A DNA stretch of 57,336 nucleotides, taken from positions 1 through 57,336 of the IMG/VR virus record IMGVR_UViG_3300028790_000006; one strand, given 5' to 3'. The notes below the pieces were generated by a model. It made no database searches. It saw only the letters and a list, made by a program, of their open reading frames with translations, and was not told where the DNA came from. Shown in pieces: positions 38,078 to 47,244 of this stretch. Position 1 is the stretch's first letter. Each line of letters begins with the position of its first letter. The position numbers and the translations under genes were made by a program. The DNA is from a virus. Lineage: Duplodnaviria > Caudoviricetes.

Positions 38078-39207
38078 CCGCGCCGCCGGGGATCGGGTCG
38101 GCGTGGCCAGGCGGCCGGCTGCTCGTCACCGACCAGCGCGCCCCCGAACTCGACCTCTCGGCTGCCGTCGGCCAGATGCAAGCCACCTACCGCTTCGAGC
38201 TCATCAACGGTGTGACCGGTGAGCACCTGGACGACATCACGCCCATTCGCGGGGCCAGCCTGACTCACGACACCTCGATGACCACCAAGCGCACCCTCAA
38301 CATGTCGCTCGGGAAGAGCGACACCGCCGCGGTGAACGCCCTGGTCGACCGGGTCCTGCTCTTCATGACCATCCCCGGGGCGCCCAACCCGGACCGGGCG
38401 GATGGGGACTGGCCACTCGGGCGCTACATGTGGTCGGACAACCCGCGTCGCCTGTCCACCGGCGGGCGCCTGGCGCAGCCCGTGCTTACCGACGAGATGC
38501 TGCTGGTCGACCAGGAGATCCAGGCCGGCATCTCCGGCATTGGTGTGCCGGTTTCCAGCGTGCTGACCGCGGTCCTGTCCGGCCTGCCCATCGTGTTCGA
38601 CGTCGAGCAGTCGTCGTTTGAGTCGGCGAACTCGTGGGCTCGGGGCGCCGGCCGCGGGCAGGTGCTCGAGACCCTGTCCCAGGTCGGTGACTACTGGTCG
38701 CCGTGGTTCGACAACCACGGCGTGCTGCGCTTCCGGCGCACGTTCGATCCTGCCGCCCGAGTGCCCGACCTCGACTTCGACCGCGGTTACCGGGTCCTGC
38801 GCCAGGACATCGTCGAGACCGACGAGTTGCTGACCGCCCCGAACCGCTTCGTCGTGATCAGCAACGCGGCCAAATCTGGCGCGTCGCCGGTGGTCGGGGT
38901 GGCCGACGTGGCCGTCAACGCGCCCAACTCCATCCCCAACATTGGCTTCATCAGGTCGAAAACCCTGGACTTGCAGCTGTCCGACGCAGGGCAGGCCGCC
39001 GCGGTGGCGCAGGGCCTGGTGCAGCGGCAGGCCATCTTTGAGCAGGTCGTGCTGTCTACGCCGGCCGACCCGCGCCACGACGGGTACAGCGTGATCCGTT
39101 GGCAGGGTGAGAACTGGCTCGAGCTGGGCTGGACCATGCCGCTGGTCATGGGCGAGGCCATGGTGCACACGCTGCGCCGGTCCTACGGTCCAGGGAGCGT
39201 GGCCTGA
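38074..39207 (+). CDS. Minor tail (hub) protein
   Basis: GTG 38074; WPLGRY, WSPWFDNHG, DPRHDGYSV. Confidence 0.75.
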   Translation: MTAPPGIGSAWPGGRLLVTDQRAPELDLSAAVGQMQATYRFELINGVTGEHLDDITPIRGASLTHDTSMTTKRTLNMSLGKSDTAAVNALVDRVLLFMTIPGAPNPDRADGDWPLGRYMWSDNPRRLSTGGRLAQPVLTDEMLLVDQEIQAGISGIGVPVSSVLTAVLSGLPIVFDVEQSSFESANSWARGAGRGQVLETLSQVGDYWSPWFDNHGVLRFRRTFDPAARVPDLDFDRGYRVLRQDIVETDELLTAPNRFVVISNAAKSGASPVVGVADVAVNAPNSIPNIGFIRSKTLDLQLSDAGQAAAVAQGLVQRQAIFEQVVLSTPADPRHDGYSVIRWQGENWLELGWTMPLVMGEAMVHTLRRSYGPGSVA

Positions 39208-39914
39208 TGGGGCAGCCAGGGGGCGGCGAAGAGGTCGCGCGCATCAAGGCCCTCCAAGACAATGCCGAGCGCCTCGGCCTGACCTGGGGGATCCGCCCAG
39301 CCGAGATCACCAGCACCGACCCGGTGCAGGCGCTGGTCGACGCCGACACTGAGCCCATCGGCGTGATCCCGATGATCGGCAGCCTGTACGTCGGTCAGCG
39401 GGTCTACATCATGCGCGTACCGCCCTCGGCCAACTACGTGGTCGGCCTGGTCGTGGGCGACGACACGCCGCCACCGATCGGCACCACGGTCGGATGGACC
39501 GCGGCATCAGGAGACAGCGCAGCCATTGGTGGTGAAACCTCGATACTCGGGACCGGACTGGTCAACTTCCTGAACGGCTGCGCTTACGAGATCGACTACG
39601 AAGCGGATGTCGGGGGCAGCGTCGGGGGCAACTTCGCCAACTTTCAGATCAGACGCACCAGCGTCGCCGGCACGGTGGTGCGGGCCAACTCCGGCCATCC
39701 CATGTCTTCGGTGGCCGGCTTCGGCTCCACATGCAAGGGCTCGGCCATCGTCAAAAATACCAGTGGCGCAAGTATCGCCTTTGTCGCCGTGCTGACCCTG
39801 TCCTCGCCGCTCGCGGGTACCGTGGCGATTGCCGGCGCGTCCAATCGGCTCGCTTTCCTGCGCGTTCGATACATTGGTGAGGCCGCAGACTTCCTGAACG
39901 CGACGGCGCTCTGA
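39207..39914 (+). CDS. Minor tail / receptor-binding protein
   Basis: OB-like N-terminus, beta-rich C-terminus, last gene of the tail module. Confidence 0.65.
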   Translation: MGQPGGGEEVARIKALQDNAERLGLTWGIRPAEITSTDPVQALVDADTEPIGVIPMIGSLYVGQRVYIMRVPPSANYVVGLVVGDDTPPPIGTTVGWTAASGDSAAIGGETSILGTGLVNFLNGCAYEIDYEADVGGSVGGNFANFQIRRTSVAGTVVRANSGHPMSSVAGFGSTCKGSAIVKNTSGASIAFVAVLTLSSPLAGTVAIAGASNRLAFLRVRYIGEAADFLNATAL

Positions 39915-39932
39915 CCTAGTGACACGTCAAGT
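39913..39932. promoter_or_regulatory. Operator/promoter motif copy 7, at the start of the glycan cluster
   Basis: GACCTAGTGACACGTCAAGT; plus strand GTGACA-17-TACGGT-6-ATG(39954). Confidence 0.85.
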
Positions 39933-39953
39933 GCTCGCTGGTACGGTCAGCGC

Positions 39954-40676
39954 ATGAACCGCTTTGCCGTCATCCTGACTCACGACCGGCCGGAGCACCT
40001 GCGCGAGACGTGGTGCGCAATCGGTCCGCAGGTCGACATGGTCATCATCATCGACAACGCCAGCTCACCGCCGGTCGACTTCCGCGACTACCACTCCGGC
40101 GCGTCTGAGCAGGGCTGCGACTGGGTCACCGCGGTGGTCCGGGACGAGCAGCAACCGCCCAACATCTCGAGGCTCTGGAACCTGGGCATCGAGATGTCGC
40201 TGACCGCGTTCGGCAACGGCGGGTGGCCCGGCCCGGGGAGGCCCAACCTCTCTACCGGGCCGCTGGTCGCCGTGCTCTGCGACGACGCGCCGCCGCCTCC
40301 CGGCTGGTTCGACGCGGTGGCCACGGCCATGCGCGAGACCGGCGCGGTGGTCGGCTGCTCGGCTCCGACGCCGTTCGGGTTCGGTGGGCCGCCCCGGGTC
40401 AAGACCGCGCCCGACTCGCTGGTGTCCGAGCGCATGCCGGGGTGGGCCTGGATCCTGGACCCAGTCAGCCCGGTCCGGCCCGACGTCCGATTCGAGTACT
40501 GGTGGGGGGACACCGACCTTGACCTGCAGGCCCGGGCGGCCGGCGGAATGGTGCAGATCGGCGACCACCCCGTTCCCAATCGCGTGCCGGACGGCTGGAC
40601 CGGACGCATGGCCGGCCAGGTCGCTGTCGACTCGCAGCGGTTCGTCGACAAGTACAACGGTTGGCGGCCGTGGTGA
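39954..40676 (+). CDS. Glycosyltransferase, GT-A/GT2-like
   Basis: AVILTHDRP, IIDNAS, WNLGI, VLCDD, WWGDTDL. Confidence 0.85.
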   Translation: MNRFAVILTHDRPEHLRETWCAIGPQVDMVIIIDNASSPPVDFRDYHSGASEQGCDWVTAVVRDEQQPPNISRLWNLGIEMSLTAFGNGGWPGPGRPNLSTGPLVAVLCDDAPPPPGWFDAVATAMRETGAVVGCSAPTPFGFGGPPRVKTAPDSLVSERMPGWAWILDPVSPVRPDVRFEYWWGDTDLDLQARAAGGMVQIGDHPVPNRVPDGWTGRMAGQVAVDSQRFVDKYNGWRPW

Positions 40677-41032
40677 GCGGGGTTCGGTCGTGCGCGTTCT
40701 GTGCCATCGTGCGCGGCGACGCGCCGGCGCTGGTCGTAGCGCAGTGGCCTGACGCCATCGCGATCGAGCCTCACCACCCCGTAGTGGCCGGCCACCGGCT
40801 CGTGATCCCCGTGGCTCACGTCCGCGACGCTGCCGAGGATCCGATCGTCACCGGCGCGGTCATGGCGCGGGCCGCAGCGATGGGAGACGGAATGAGCCTG
40901 AGCGCGTTCAATCTGATCACGTCGAAAGGTGCAGCGGCCACGCAGACCGTTTTCCATCTCCACGTGCACGTGGTGCCGCGCCGCGAAGGTGACGGGCTGG
41001 CGCTGCCCTGGGCCGAGCGGGTCATGTCATGA
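40673..41032 (+). CDS. HIT family nucleotide hydrolase
   Basis: CAFCAI, GHRLVIP, QTVFHLHVHVVPR. Confidence 0.92.
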   Translation: MSGVRSCAFCAIVRGDAPALVVAQWPDAIAIEPHHPVVAGHRLVIPVAHVRDAAEDPIVTGAVMARAAAMGDGMSLSAFNLITSKGAAATQTVFHLHVHVVPRREGDGLALPWAERVMS

Positions 41033-41340
41033 CCCGCCGGGCGGTACTCACCGAGGCTGCGGTGCTGGCCATCCGGGCCAGCCGAGAGACGACCAAGGCG
41101 CTTGCGGCTCGATACGAGGTGACCCAGGAGACGCTGCAGTTAGCCCGCGATTCGCTGACCTGGCGGCACCTCCCACCGGCCGCGCACGCGGTATGCGACG
41201 GGTCTCGGCGGCTGCGCTCGGACGGGCCGGTGCTGTGTGGAACGTGCCGCGAGAACCTGAGCGCCCCGCATGTGATGGGGGCGCATCTGCCAGGCTGCGC
41301 TGAGGTGCGGCGCATGGTGACGTGTCACGTGGTCATCTGA
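41029..41340 (+). CDS. Hypothetical protein (HTH-like N-terminus, Cys C-terminus)
   Basis: LTEAAVLAIR..KALAARYEVT..TWRH. Confidence 0.55.
   Translation: MTRRAVLTEAAVLAIRASRETTKALAARYEVTQETLQLARDSLTWRHLPPAAHAVCDGSRRLRSDGPVLCGTCRENLSAPHVMGAHLPGCAEVRRMVTCHVVI
41315..41334 (+). promoter_or_regulatory. Degenerate operator/promoter motif copy 8
   Basis: TGGTGACGTGTCACGTGGTC; GTGACG-18-TACCGT-8-ATG(41355). Confidence 0.6.
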
Positions 41341-41354
41341 TACCGTCACCGACC

Positions 41355-42053
41355 ATGGGGCCTCTTGTCGCACCGCCGCAGCTCACCCGCCACCAGTTCC
41401 TGGCCCGACTGCACGAGATCGTCAAGCCGCAGACCTACCTCGAGGTCGGCGTGCAGACCGGCGGGTCGCTGGCCCTGGCCGAGGCAGCGGGGGTGGCCAT
41501 CGGCATTGACCCCCACCTTGACCACTTCGCCCAGCAGTTCCGCCGACCAAATCAGCGTCTCTTCGAGCAGACCGCCGACGATTACTTCGGCTGCATGTCG
41601 TGCGAGCGGCCGACCATCGACCTGGCGTTCATCGACGGATCGCACCTCTTCGAGGACGCGCTGCGGGACTTCATCTACGTCCAGCGCCACTCCGGTCCGG
41701 ACACCATCGTGGTGTTCGACGACGTGCTGCCCTATAGCCAGGACATCGCGTGGCGCGTTCAGCCGCCGGGCGACTGGACCGGCGACGTTTTCAAGATCCC
41801 GGCCGTCCTGGCCGAGTACCAGCCCGATCTCGACCTGCGCCTGGTCGACGTGGCTCCGACCGGTGCGCTGGTCGTGACCGGCCTGAACGTCAACGACGTG
41901 ACCCTTGGGAAGAAATACGACCGGATCGCCGCCGACTGGCACGCGCGCCACTACGTGCCCGACGAGATCCTGGCCCGCACCAACGCGGCCCAGCCCGACA
42001 AGGTGCTGGCCGACATCGCGGCCGAACTGGCCCAGACCCGTAAGGGGAAGTAG
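41355..42053 (+). CDS. Class I SAM-dependent methyltransferase (Methyltransf_24-like)
   Basis: YLEVGVQTGGS, IGIDP, IDLAFIDGSH, VFDDV. Confidence 0.88.
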   Translation: MGPLVAPPQLTRHQFLARLHEIVKPQTYLEVGVQTGGSLALAEAAGVAIGIDPHLDHFAQQFRRPNQRLFEQTADDYFGCMSCERPTIDLAFIDGSHLFEDALRDFIYVQRHSGPDTIVVFDDVLPYSQDIAWRVQPPGDWTGDVFKIPAVLAEYQPDLDLRLVDVAPTGALVVTGLNVNDVTLGKKYDRIAADWHARHYVPDEILARTNAAQPDKVLADIAAELAQTRKGK

Positions 42054-42056
42054 CAC

Positions 42057-42647
42057 ATGGCCACGGCGGTCGAGGTGACCTGCCAGTGCGGCAGCGCTTT
42101 CGCCACAACCGTCGAGCGGATCGCGGAAGGGCGTGGCCGGTACTGCGGTCGCCCCTGCATGTATCGGTTCAGGGTGCGCCCGACTGGACTCACGTACCAG
42201 AAGCACCGGGAGAACCCCACGAGCTTCAAACGTGGCCATGTGCCATGGAGCGCGGGAATGAAGGGCCTGCGACTGTCGCTGGCCACGGAATTCAAGCCTG
42301 GACAGCGACCGTCGCCCGAGACTGAGTTCCAGCCGGGCGCGCGCCCCTGGAACGCGGGCACCGTTGGAGTGATGCCAACCGGCGGCGATCACCACGCCTT
42401 CAAGGGCGACGATGTCGGATACGGCGCGCTCCACCTCTGGGTGCTCTACCACCGGGGCGCACCCGGGCGGTGCGAACATTGCGGCGTGCCCGAGCGAACC
42501 TGCGACGGAAAGCGGCGAATCGAGTGGGCCAATCGCAGTCGCCAGTACCAGCGCGACCTAGACGACTGGATCGCGCTGTGCTCGTCGTGTCACCATGAGT
42601 ACGACAAAAACGACTTAGGGGCCATAGCCCGGAAATGGGGAAAATAG
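42057..42647 (+). CDS. HNH-like endonuclease with NUMOD3-like repeats
   Basis: Repeats TSFKRGHVPW, TEFKPGQRP, TEFQPGARPW; CEHCG..EWAN..LCSSCH. Confidence 0.75.
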   Translation: MATAVEVTCQCGSAFATTVERIAEGRGRYCGRPCMYRFRVRPTGLTYQKHRENPTSFKRGHVPWSAGMKGLRLSLATEFKPGQRPSPETEFQPGARPWNAGTVGVMPTGGDHHAFKGDDVGYGALHLWVLYHRGAPGRCEHCGVPERTCDGKRRIEWANRSRQYQRDLDDWIALCSSCHHEYDKNDLGAIARKWGK

Positions 42648-42648
42648 A

Positions 42649-43536
42649 ATGAAAGTTCTCATCACCGGCGGCGCCGGCTTCATCGGGTCCCACGTCCGCG
42701 ACTGGGCGGAGCGGGCCGGCCACGAGGTCGCGTTCTTCGACAAGCGCGAGGGCAACGACATCCTCGGCCCGCTCGACGCGATGGACGCGTTCGCGCCCGA
42801 CGCCGTGATTCACCTGGCCGGCGTGCTCGGCACGATGGAGCTGTTCGAGACCATCCCCGACGCGATCGAGAAGAACGTGCTCGGGTCGTACCGGGTCGCG
42901 GAGTGGTGCTCGCGCAACAACGCGAACTACGTCGGCATCCTGGTGCCCGACGTGTTCCCCTCGATCTACTGCGCCACGAAGGTGGCCGCCCACCGCATCA
43001 CCTCGGCCATGACCGCGGCCGGCCGGCTGCGCAGCTCGCACGTGATCGCCTACAACGCCCACGGGCCAGGCCAGGCGTACGGGCCCGGCCACCCGCGCAA
43101 GTTCGGCCCGACGTTCTCGATCGCGGCCTGGAACGGCGAGCCCATCCCGATCTGGGGCGACGGGTCGGCCCTGGTGGACCCGGTGCCGGTCAGCGTCGTG
43201 GCGCGCATGCTGGTCGACGCGGTGAATTTCGGCAACGACGAGGTCTTCGACGGCGGCCTGGGCATCGAGGTCACCGTGCGGGAGATCGCCGAAGAGGTCT
43301 TGAAGATCACCGGTTCGTCCGCTGGCATCGCCTACGAGCCCATGCGCATCGGCGAGACGCCGACCAACGTGGCGGCCACCGGCCTGGGCTGGGACCTGCT
43401 CGACTGGCACCCGCGCGACATGGTCCGGGCGCAGCACGACGGGAACCTGTGGACCGAGGCGCTGCGCGAGACCGTCGAGTCGTACCGCGGCGTGCCGTTC
43501 GTCGGCGAGTACCAGTCCGGCTTCCCACGCCGGTGA
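42649..43536 (+). CDS. NAD-dependent nucleotide-sugar epimerase/dehydratase
   Basis: TGGAGFIG, HLAG, YCATK (YxxxK), IWGDG. Confidence 0.92.
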   Translation: MKVLITGGAGFIGSHVRDWAERAGHEVAFFDKREGNDILGPLDAMDAFAPDAVIHLAGVLGTMELFETIPDAIEKNVLGSYRVAEWCSRNNANYVGILVPDVFPSIYCATKVAAHRITSAMTAAGRLRSSHVIAYNAHGPGQAYGPGHPRKFGPTFSIAAWNGEPIPIWGDGSALVDPVPVSVVARMLVDAVNFGNDEVFDGGLGIEVTVREIAEEVLKITGSSAGIAYEPMRIGETPTNVAATGLGWDLLDWHPRDMVRAQHDGNLWTEALRETVESYRGVPFVGEYQSGFPRR

Positions 43537-43757
43537 ACACGCCCATCGACATCGACCAGGAGATCCCTCGGCGCGGTCGCAACGGCGGCTGGGGGGTGCT
43601 CCTGGTACTGGTGGGTGCACTGGCGCTCGGCTCTGGCGCCACCCTGGGTTGGGCGTGGTCGGCCGACCGCTTCGTCTTCTGGCTCGTCCTGGCTGCGACC
43701 ATCGTTGTGGCCTGCATCCTCGCTGGCATCATCGCGCCATGGCGGCGTGAACTGTGA
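43533..43757 (+). CDS. Small two-TM membrane protein
   Basis: GTGA overlaps at both ends; two hydrophobic stretches. Confidence 0.65.
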   Translation: MNTPIDIDQEIPRRGRNGGWGVLLVLVGALALGSGATLGWAWSADRFVFWLVLAATIVVACILAGIIAPWRREL

Positions 43758-44479
43758 AGATCGCACTGGTCAGTGCGATCTACGGCACGTACGAGGCCAC
43801 CGTCAAGCCGCTGCCGCTCGACCTGGGCATTCCGGCCATCATGTTCACCGACCAGGAGTCCATCGCCCAGCAGTGCGACGCAGCCGGCTGGCGGGCCGTG
43901 TTCGACGACTCGGTCTATCAGCGGTTCACGGCCGACCCCGCCAACGGGGACCTGGCCGTGACCGTGCCAATGCTGGCCCACAAGTTCTGGAAGACGCACC
44001 CATTCGAAGCGGTCGCCGAGGCCGGCCTGGACGACATCGACGCGTCCATCTGGATCGACGGCAACATGCGGCTGATCGGTTCCGGCGCGGAGTGGGTGGC
44101 CAAGAATGTCGCAGCCCTGGGCGATGATGAGTGGTCGCTTATGCGCCATCCGTGGCGGGACTGCGTGTACACCGAAGAGGCCTACACCTCGGCCGTCTGC
44201 TGGGGCCGGTACTCGGTCGAGGCGATGAAGCGCCAGATCGCAGCCATCGAGGCCAGCGGTCACCCGCGCGGTTGGGGCCTCTTCGCGACCGGCCACATGG
44301 TGCGGCGGCACACTTCAGCCGTGCTTGGCGTTTGCGATGCATGGTGGTGCGACAACGTGCGCTGGTCGCACCAGGACCAGCTGTCTCTGCCGCCGATCAT
44401 CCGCACCTACGCCGAGTCGCTGCGCTGGAACGCCAACCTGCCCTGGGCCACCTGGGCGCTGGACCCGCACGGCACCTGA
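43754..44479 (+). CDS. Glycosyltransferase, DUF616-like
   Basis: SAIYGTYE, MFTD, SIWIDG, HPWRDCVYTE, DQLSLP. Confidence 0.8.
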   Translation: MKIALVSAIYGTYEATVKPLPLDLGIPAIMFTDQESIAQQCDAAGWRAVFDDSVYQRFTADPANGDLAVTVPMLAHKFWKTHPFEAVAEAGLDDIDASIWIDGNMRLIGSGAEWVAKNVAALGDDEWSLMRHPWRDCVYTEEAYTSAVCWGRYSVEAMKRQIAAIEASGHPRGWGLFATGHMVRRHTSAVLGVCDAWWCDNVRWSHQDQLSLPPIIRTYAESLRWNANLPWATWALDPHGT

Positions 44480-44581
44480 ACGTGGCGGTCGGAGCGCTGG
44501 GCTGGAGATCCGGCGAGGCCACTTAGAGGCACGACCACCGGCGGCGCCGACCACGCCGGTGCAAACCGAGAGAGGTACGCG

Positions 44582-45220
44582 ATGCAGCGCCCCACGATCT
44601 CCGTCATCACCCCCGTTCACCCTGCCCGACTGACCAACGGCCTCTTCGCCGAGTGCCTGCAGTCGGTCCACATCCAGACCCTGTTGCCTGACGCGCACTG
44701 CATCGCCATCGACCGGGACGGCGACGGGGCGGCCGCCACGCGCCAGCGGGCGCTCATGATGGCCCGCACCGACTGGGTGGCCTTCCTGGACTCCGACGAC
44801 GTGTTCCTGCCCCGGCACCTGCGCCAGCTGCTCACGCACGCCGAAGACACCGGGGCCGACTTCGTCTACTCCTGGTTCAAGATCATGCAGGACTTCGGCG
44901 GCGGTCGGCGCCAGGTGCTCGAGGTCGACCCGATCTTCCCGGTGACGCACTACCTGTCCCCGTGGGATCCAGACAACCCGATCGAGACCACCGTCACCAC
45001 CCTGGTCCGCACCGAGCTGGCGCAGCAGGTCGGCTTCCGCCCGCTGGAACGCGGCGAGGAGAACGGCGGCGAGGACTTCGCGTTCACGCTCGGCTGCCGC
45101 GACGCCGGCGCGAAGATCTCGCACCTGGTCCGTAAGACGTGGCTCTGGCGCCACCGCTCGATCAACGGGGTGGCCCAGAACACCAGTGGCCTGCCGACGA
45201 AGGGTGATGCTGTCGCATGA
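44582..45220 (+). CDS. Glycosyltransferase family 2
   Basis: ISVITP, GAAATRQRAL, AFLDSDD, GEDFAF. Confidence 0.9.
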   Translation: MQRPTISVITPVHPARLTNGLFAECLQSVHIQTLLPDAHCIAIDRDGDGAAATRQRALMMARTDWVAFLDSDDVFLPRHLRQLLTHAEDTGADFVYSWFKIMQDFGGGRRQVLEVDPIFPVTHYLSPWDPDNPIETTVTTLVRTELAQQVGFRPLERGEENGGEDFAFTLGCRDAGAKISHLVRKTWLWRHRSINGVAQNTSGLPTKGDAVA

Positions 45221-45514
45221 GCGTTCAGGAGTGGGACATCCACGGGCCGGCCGACGTCAGCTACACCCCCGACGAGGTGGCCCAGATTGCCCGGGCCGAG
45301 CAGCCGCACCAGGTGAACGGCGCTCGGCGCGCCGAGCGCCGTTCACCTGGTGCGGCTGCTCGGCGTCGGCGTCATGCCGACCGTGCTTCCGAAGTGTCGG
45401 GCCGAGCCGGACCCTTCGATCGACGAGATGGTGCGCGTCGGGGGCACGCTCACCCGCGAGGGCATCGCCTTCAATCAGGCGACCGGCCGGGACGAGTCAG
45501 GCCGAGGACGCTGA
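45217..45514 (+). pseudogene. Hypothetical protein with an apparent +1 frameshift near 45318
   Basis: The frame with high third-position GC switches after HQV to ALGAPSAVHLVRLLG...GRGR-stop. Confidence 0.45.
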
Positions 45515-45520
45515 CATTCC

Positions 45521-45589
45521 ATGATCGTCTACGTCTACCCAGCCGACGCCTACGGGTGCGGGTGTACTCGCGGTAGTATTGCCGGATGA
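45521..45589 (+). pseudogene. Orphaned duplicate 5' end of the downstream glycosyltransferase
   Basis: MIVYVYPADAYGCG then stop; near-identical to 46101-46145 (MTVVYVYPADAYGCG). Confidence 0.8.
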
Positions 45590-46104
45590 ACGTGGCTCGC
45601 ATTCCGGTCTACCGAGGCGGCGAGGTCGCAGCCGTGGCCATCGTTGACAAGGCGGATGAGGCGCTGGTGTCGGCATGGCGCTGGCGCTTGCTTGGGAATG
45701 GCTACGTCATGGCTCAGCGGGGTGAGCTCCACATGTACTTACATCGGTTGATCGCAGGCGCAGGACCAGAAACGAGCGTGGATCACTGGAATCAGGACAA
45801 GCTAGACAATCGCTCGGTCAATCTGAGGCTCTGCTCTCGCAGTCAGAACGGCGGTAATCGTCAGCCTGACCGCAGGCGAGAGGGCACCAGCTCGCGCCAC
45901 AAGGGGGTCTGCTGGGACAGGTCGCGCGATCGCTGGGCCGCGTACATCCACGTCAACGGAAAGACGCGCGGGCTCGGCCGCTTCGACAGCGAGGACAGCG
46001 CCGCCGCAGCCTACAACGCGGCTGCGCTTGAAGCGTGGGGCGAGTTCGCGCGTCTCAATGATCTGAACGGGGGACCATTGCGCTCTGCATCTGAGCAGCC
46101 ATGA
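45586..46104 (+). CDS. HNH-AP2 homing endonuclease
   Basis: LHRLI..VDHWNQDKLDNRSVNLR..SQN; AP2 domain KGVCW..RWAAYI..LGRF..AAAAYN. Confidence 0.92.
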   Translation: MNVARIPVYRGGEVAAVAIVDKADEALVSAWRWRLLGNGYVMAQRGELHMYLHRLIAGAGPETSVDHWNQDKLDNRSVNLRLCSRSQNGGNRQPDRRREGTSSRHKGVCWDRSRDRWAAYIHVNGKTRGLGRFDSEDSAAAAYNAAALEAWGEFARLNDLNGGPLRSASEQP

Positions 46105-47196
46105 CCGTCGTCTACGTCTACCCAGCCGACGCGTATGGCTGCGGGTTTCTACCGACTCGGGTTCCCCGCCCGGGCTGCGCGGGCGGCGGGCGCTGACGTC
46201 CGGCTGGTGATGCCCGCCGACCGGACCGGCATCGGCGGAGAGGTGGACAGTCGGACCGGCAAACTGGTCAATCTTTCCTACCCGCCCGACGCCGACGTCA
46301 TCGTGCTGCAGCGCGTCGCCATGGGCACCCTGGCCCAGGCCATCCCGCAGATGCGCGCGCGGGGGGTGGCCGTGGTCATCGACATGGACGATGACCTGAC
46401 GAAGATCGACCCCAACAACCCGGCGTTCTGGGGCTTCCACGCCAAGACCGGATCGCCGCTGCACAACTCGCGCAACGCCATGCAGGCCTGCCTCGACGCC
46501 ACCCTGGTGACCGTGTCGTCGCCGGCCCTGCTGCGTACCTACGCCCCGCACGGGCGCGGCCTGGTGCTGGAGAACCGCGTGCCGGCCGCCTACCTCGACG
46601 TGAAGCGGCCGCCGGCCGCCGGCGTCGCCTCGGTGGGCTGGGGCGGGTCGATCCACTCCCATCCGACCGACCTGGCCGAGCTGGGCCCGGCGGTGCAGCG
46701 GCTGGTGCGCGACGGCATCGAGTACTGGGGGGCGGGGCCCGACTACCACCTGCGCCCGGGCGACGACGGCCTGCGGCGGGCGCTGGGCGTCGAAGACGCG
46801 CTGGCCGACCAGGTGGCCACTACTGGCGACCTGGCCTTCGAAGAGTGGCCGATCGGCGTGGCCACGCTCGGGGTGGGCCTCGCACCGCTGGCCGACACCG
46901 GCTTCAACGCGGCGAAGTCCTGGCTCAAGCCGCTGGAGTACATGGCCCTGGGCGTGCCGTGGATCGGCTCGCCGCGCGCCGAGTACCGCCGCCTGCAGCA
47001 GCTGACCAAGGTGGGCCTGCTGGCCAAGGGGCCCGGCGACTGGTACCGCCAGGCCAAGGCGTTGGCGCTGTCACCGCACGCGCGAGAAGAGCAGGCCGAG
47101 CGCGGACGGGCCGCGGTGCGCGATCACCAGCTCACGTACGAGGCCTCGATCTGGCACTGGATCCACGCGTGGGAGCAGGCGGCCGCCGCTCGTTGA
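46101..47196 (+). CDS. GT-B fold glycosyltransferase (1-nt frameshift at ~46146)
   Basis: VLQR, IDMDDDL, VTVSS, VGWGGS, APL..FNAAKSWLKPLEY; the N-terminal ADAYGCG and FYRL are out of frame by 1 nt. Confidence 0.85.
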
Positions 47197-47210
47197 CCGG
47201 CGCGCTCATT

Positions 47211-47226
47211 GCTTGATACGTCAAGT
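47211..47226 (+). promoter_or_regulatory. Operator motif variant copy 9, upstream of the lysis cassette
   Basis: GCTTGATACGTCAAGT in the spacer of TTGCTT-18-TACCGT-6-ATG(47245). Confidence 0.65.
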
Positions 47227-47244
47227 GCTTGATACCGTGCGCTC

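Noticed and set aside
34823-39914. Diversity-generating retroelement or invertible tail-fibre cassette
   Set aside because: No reverse transcriptase, template/variable repeat pair or invertase was seen.
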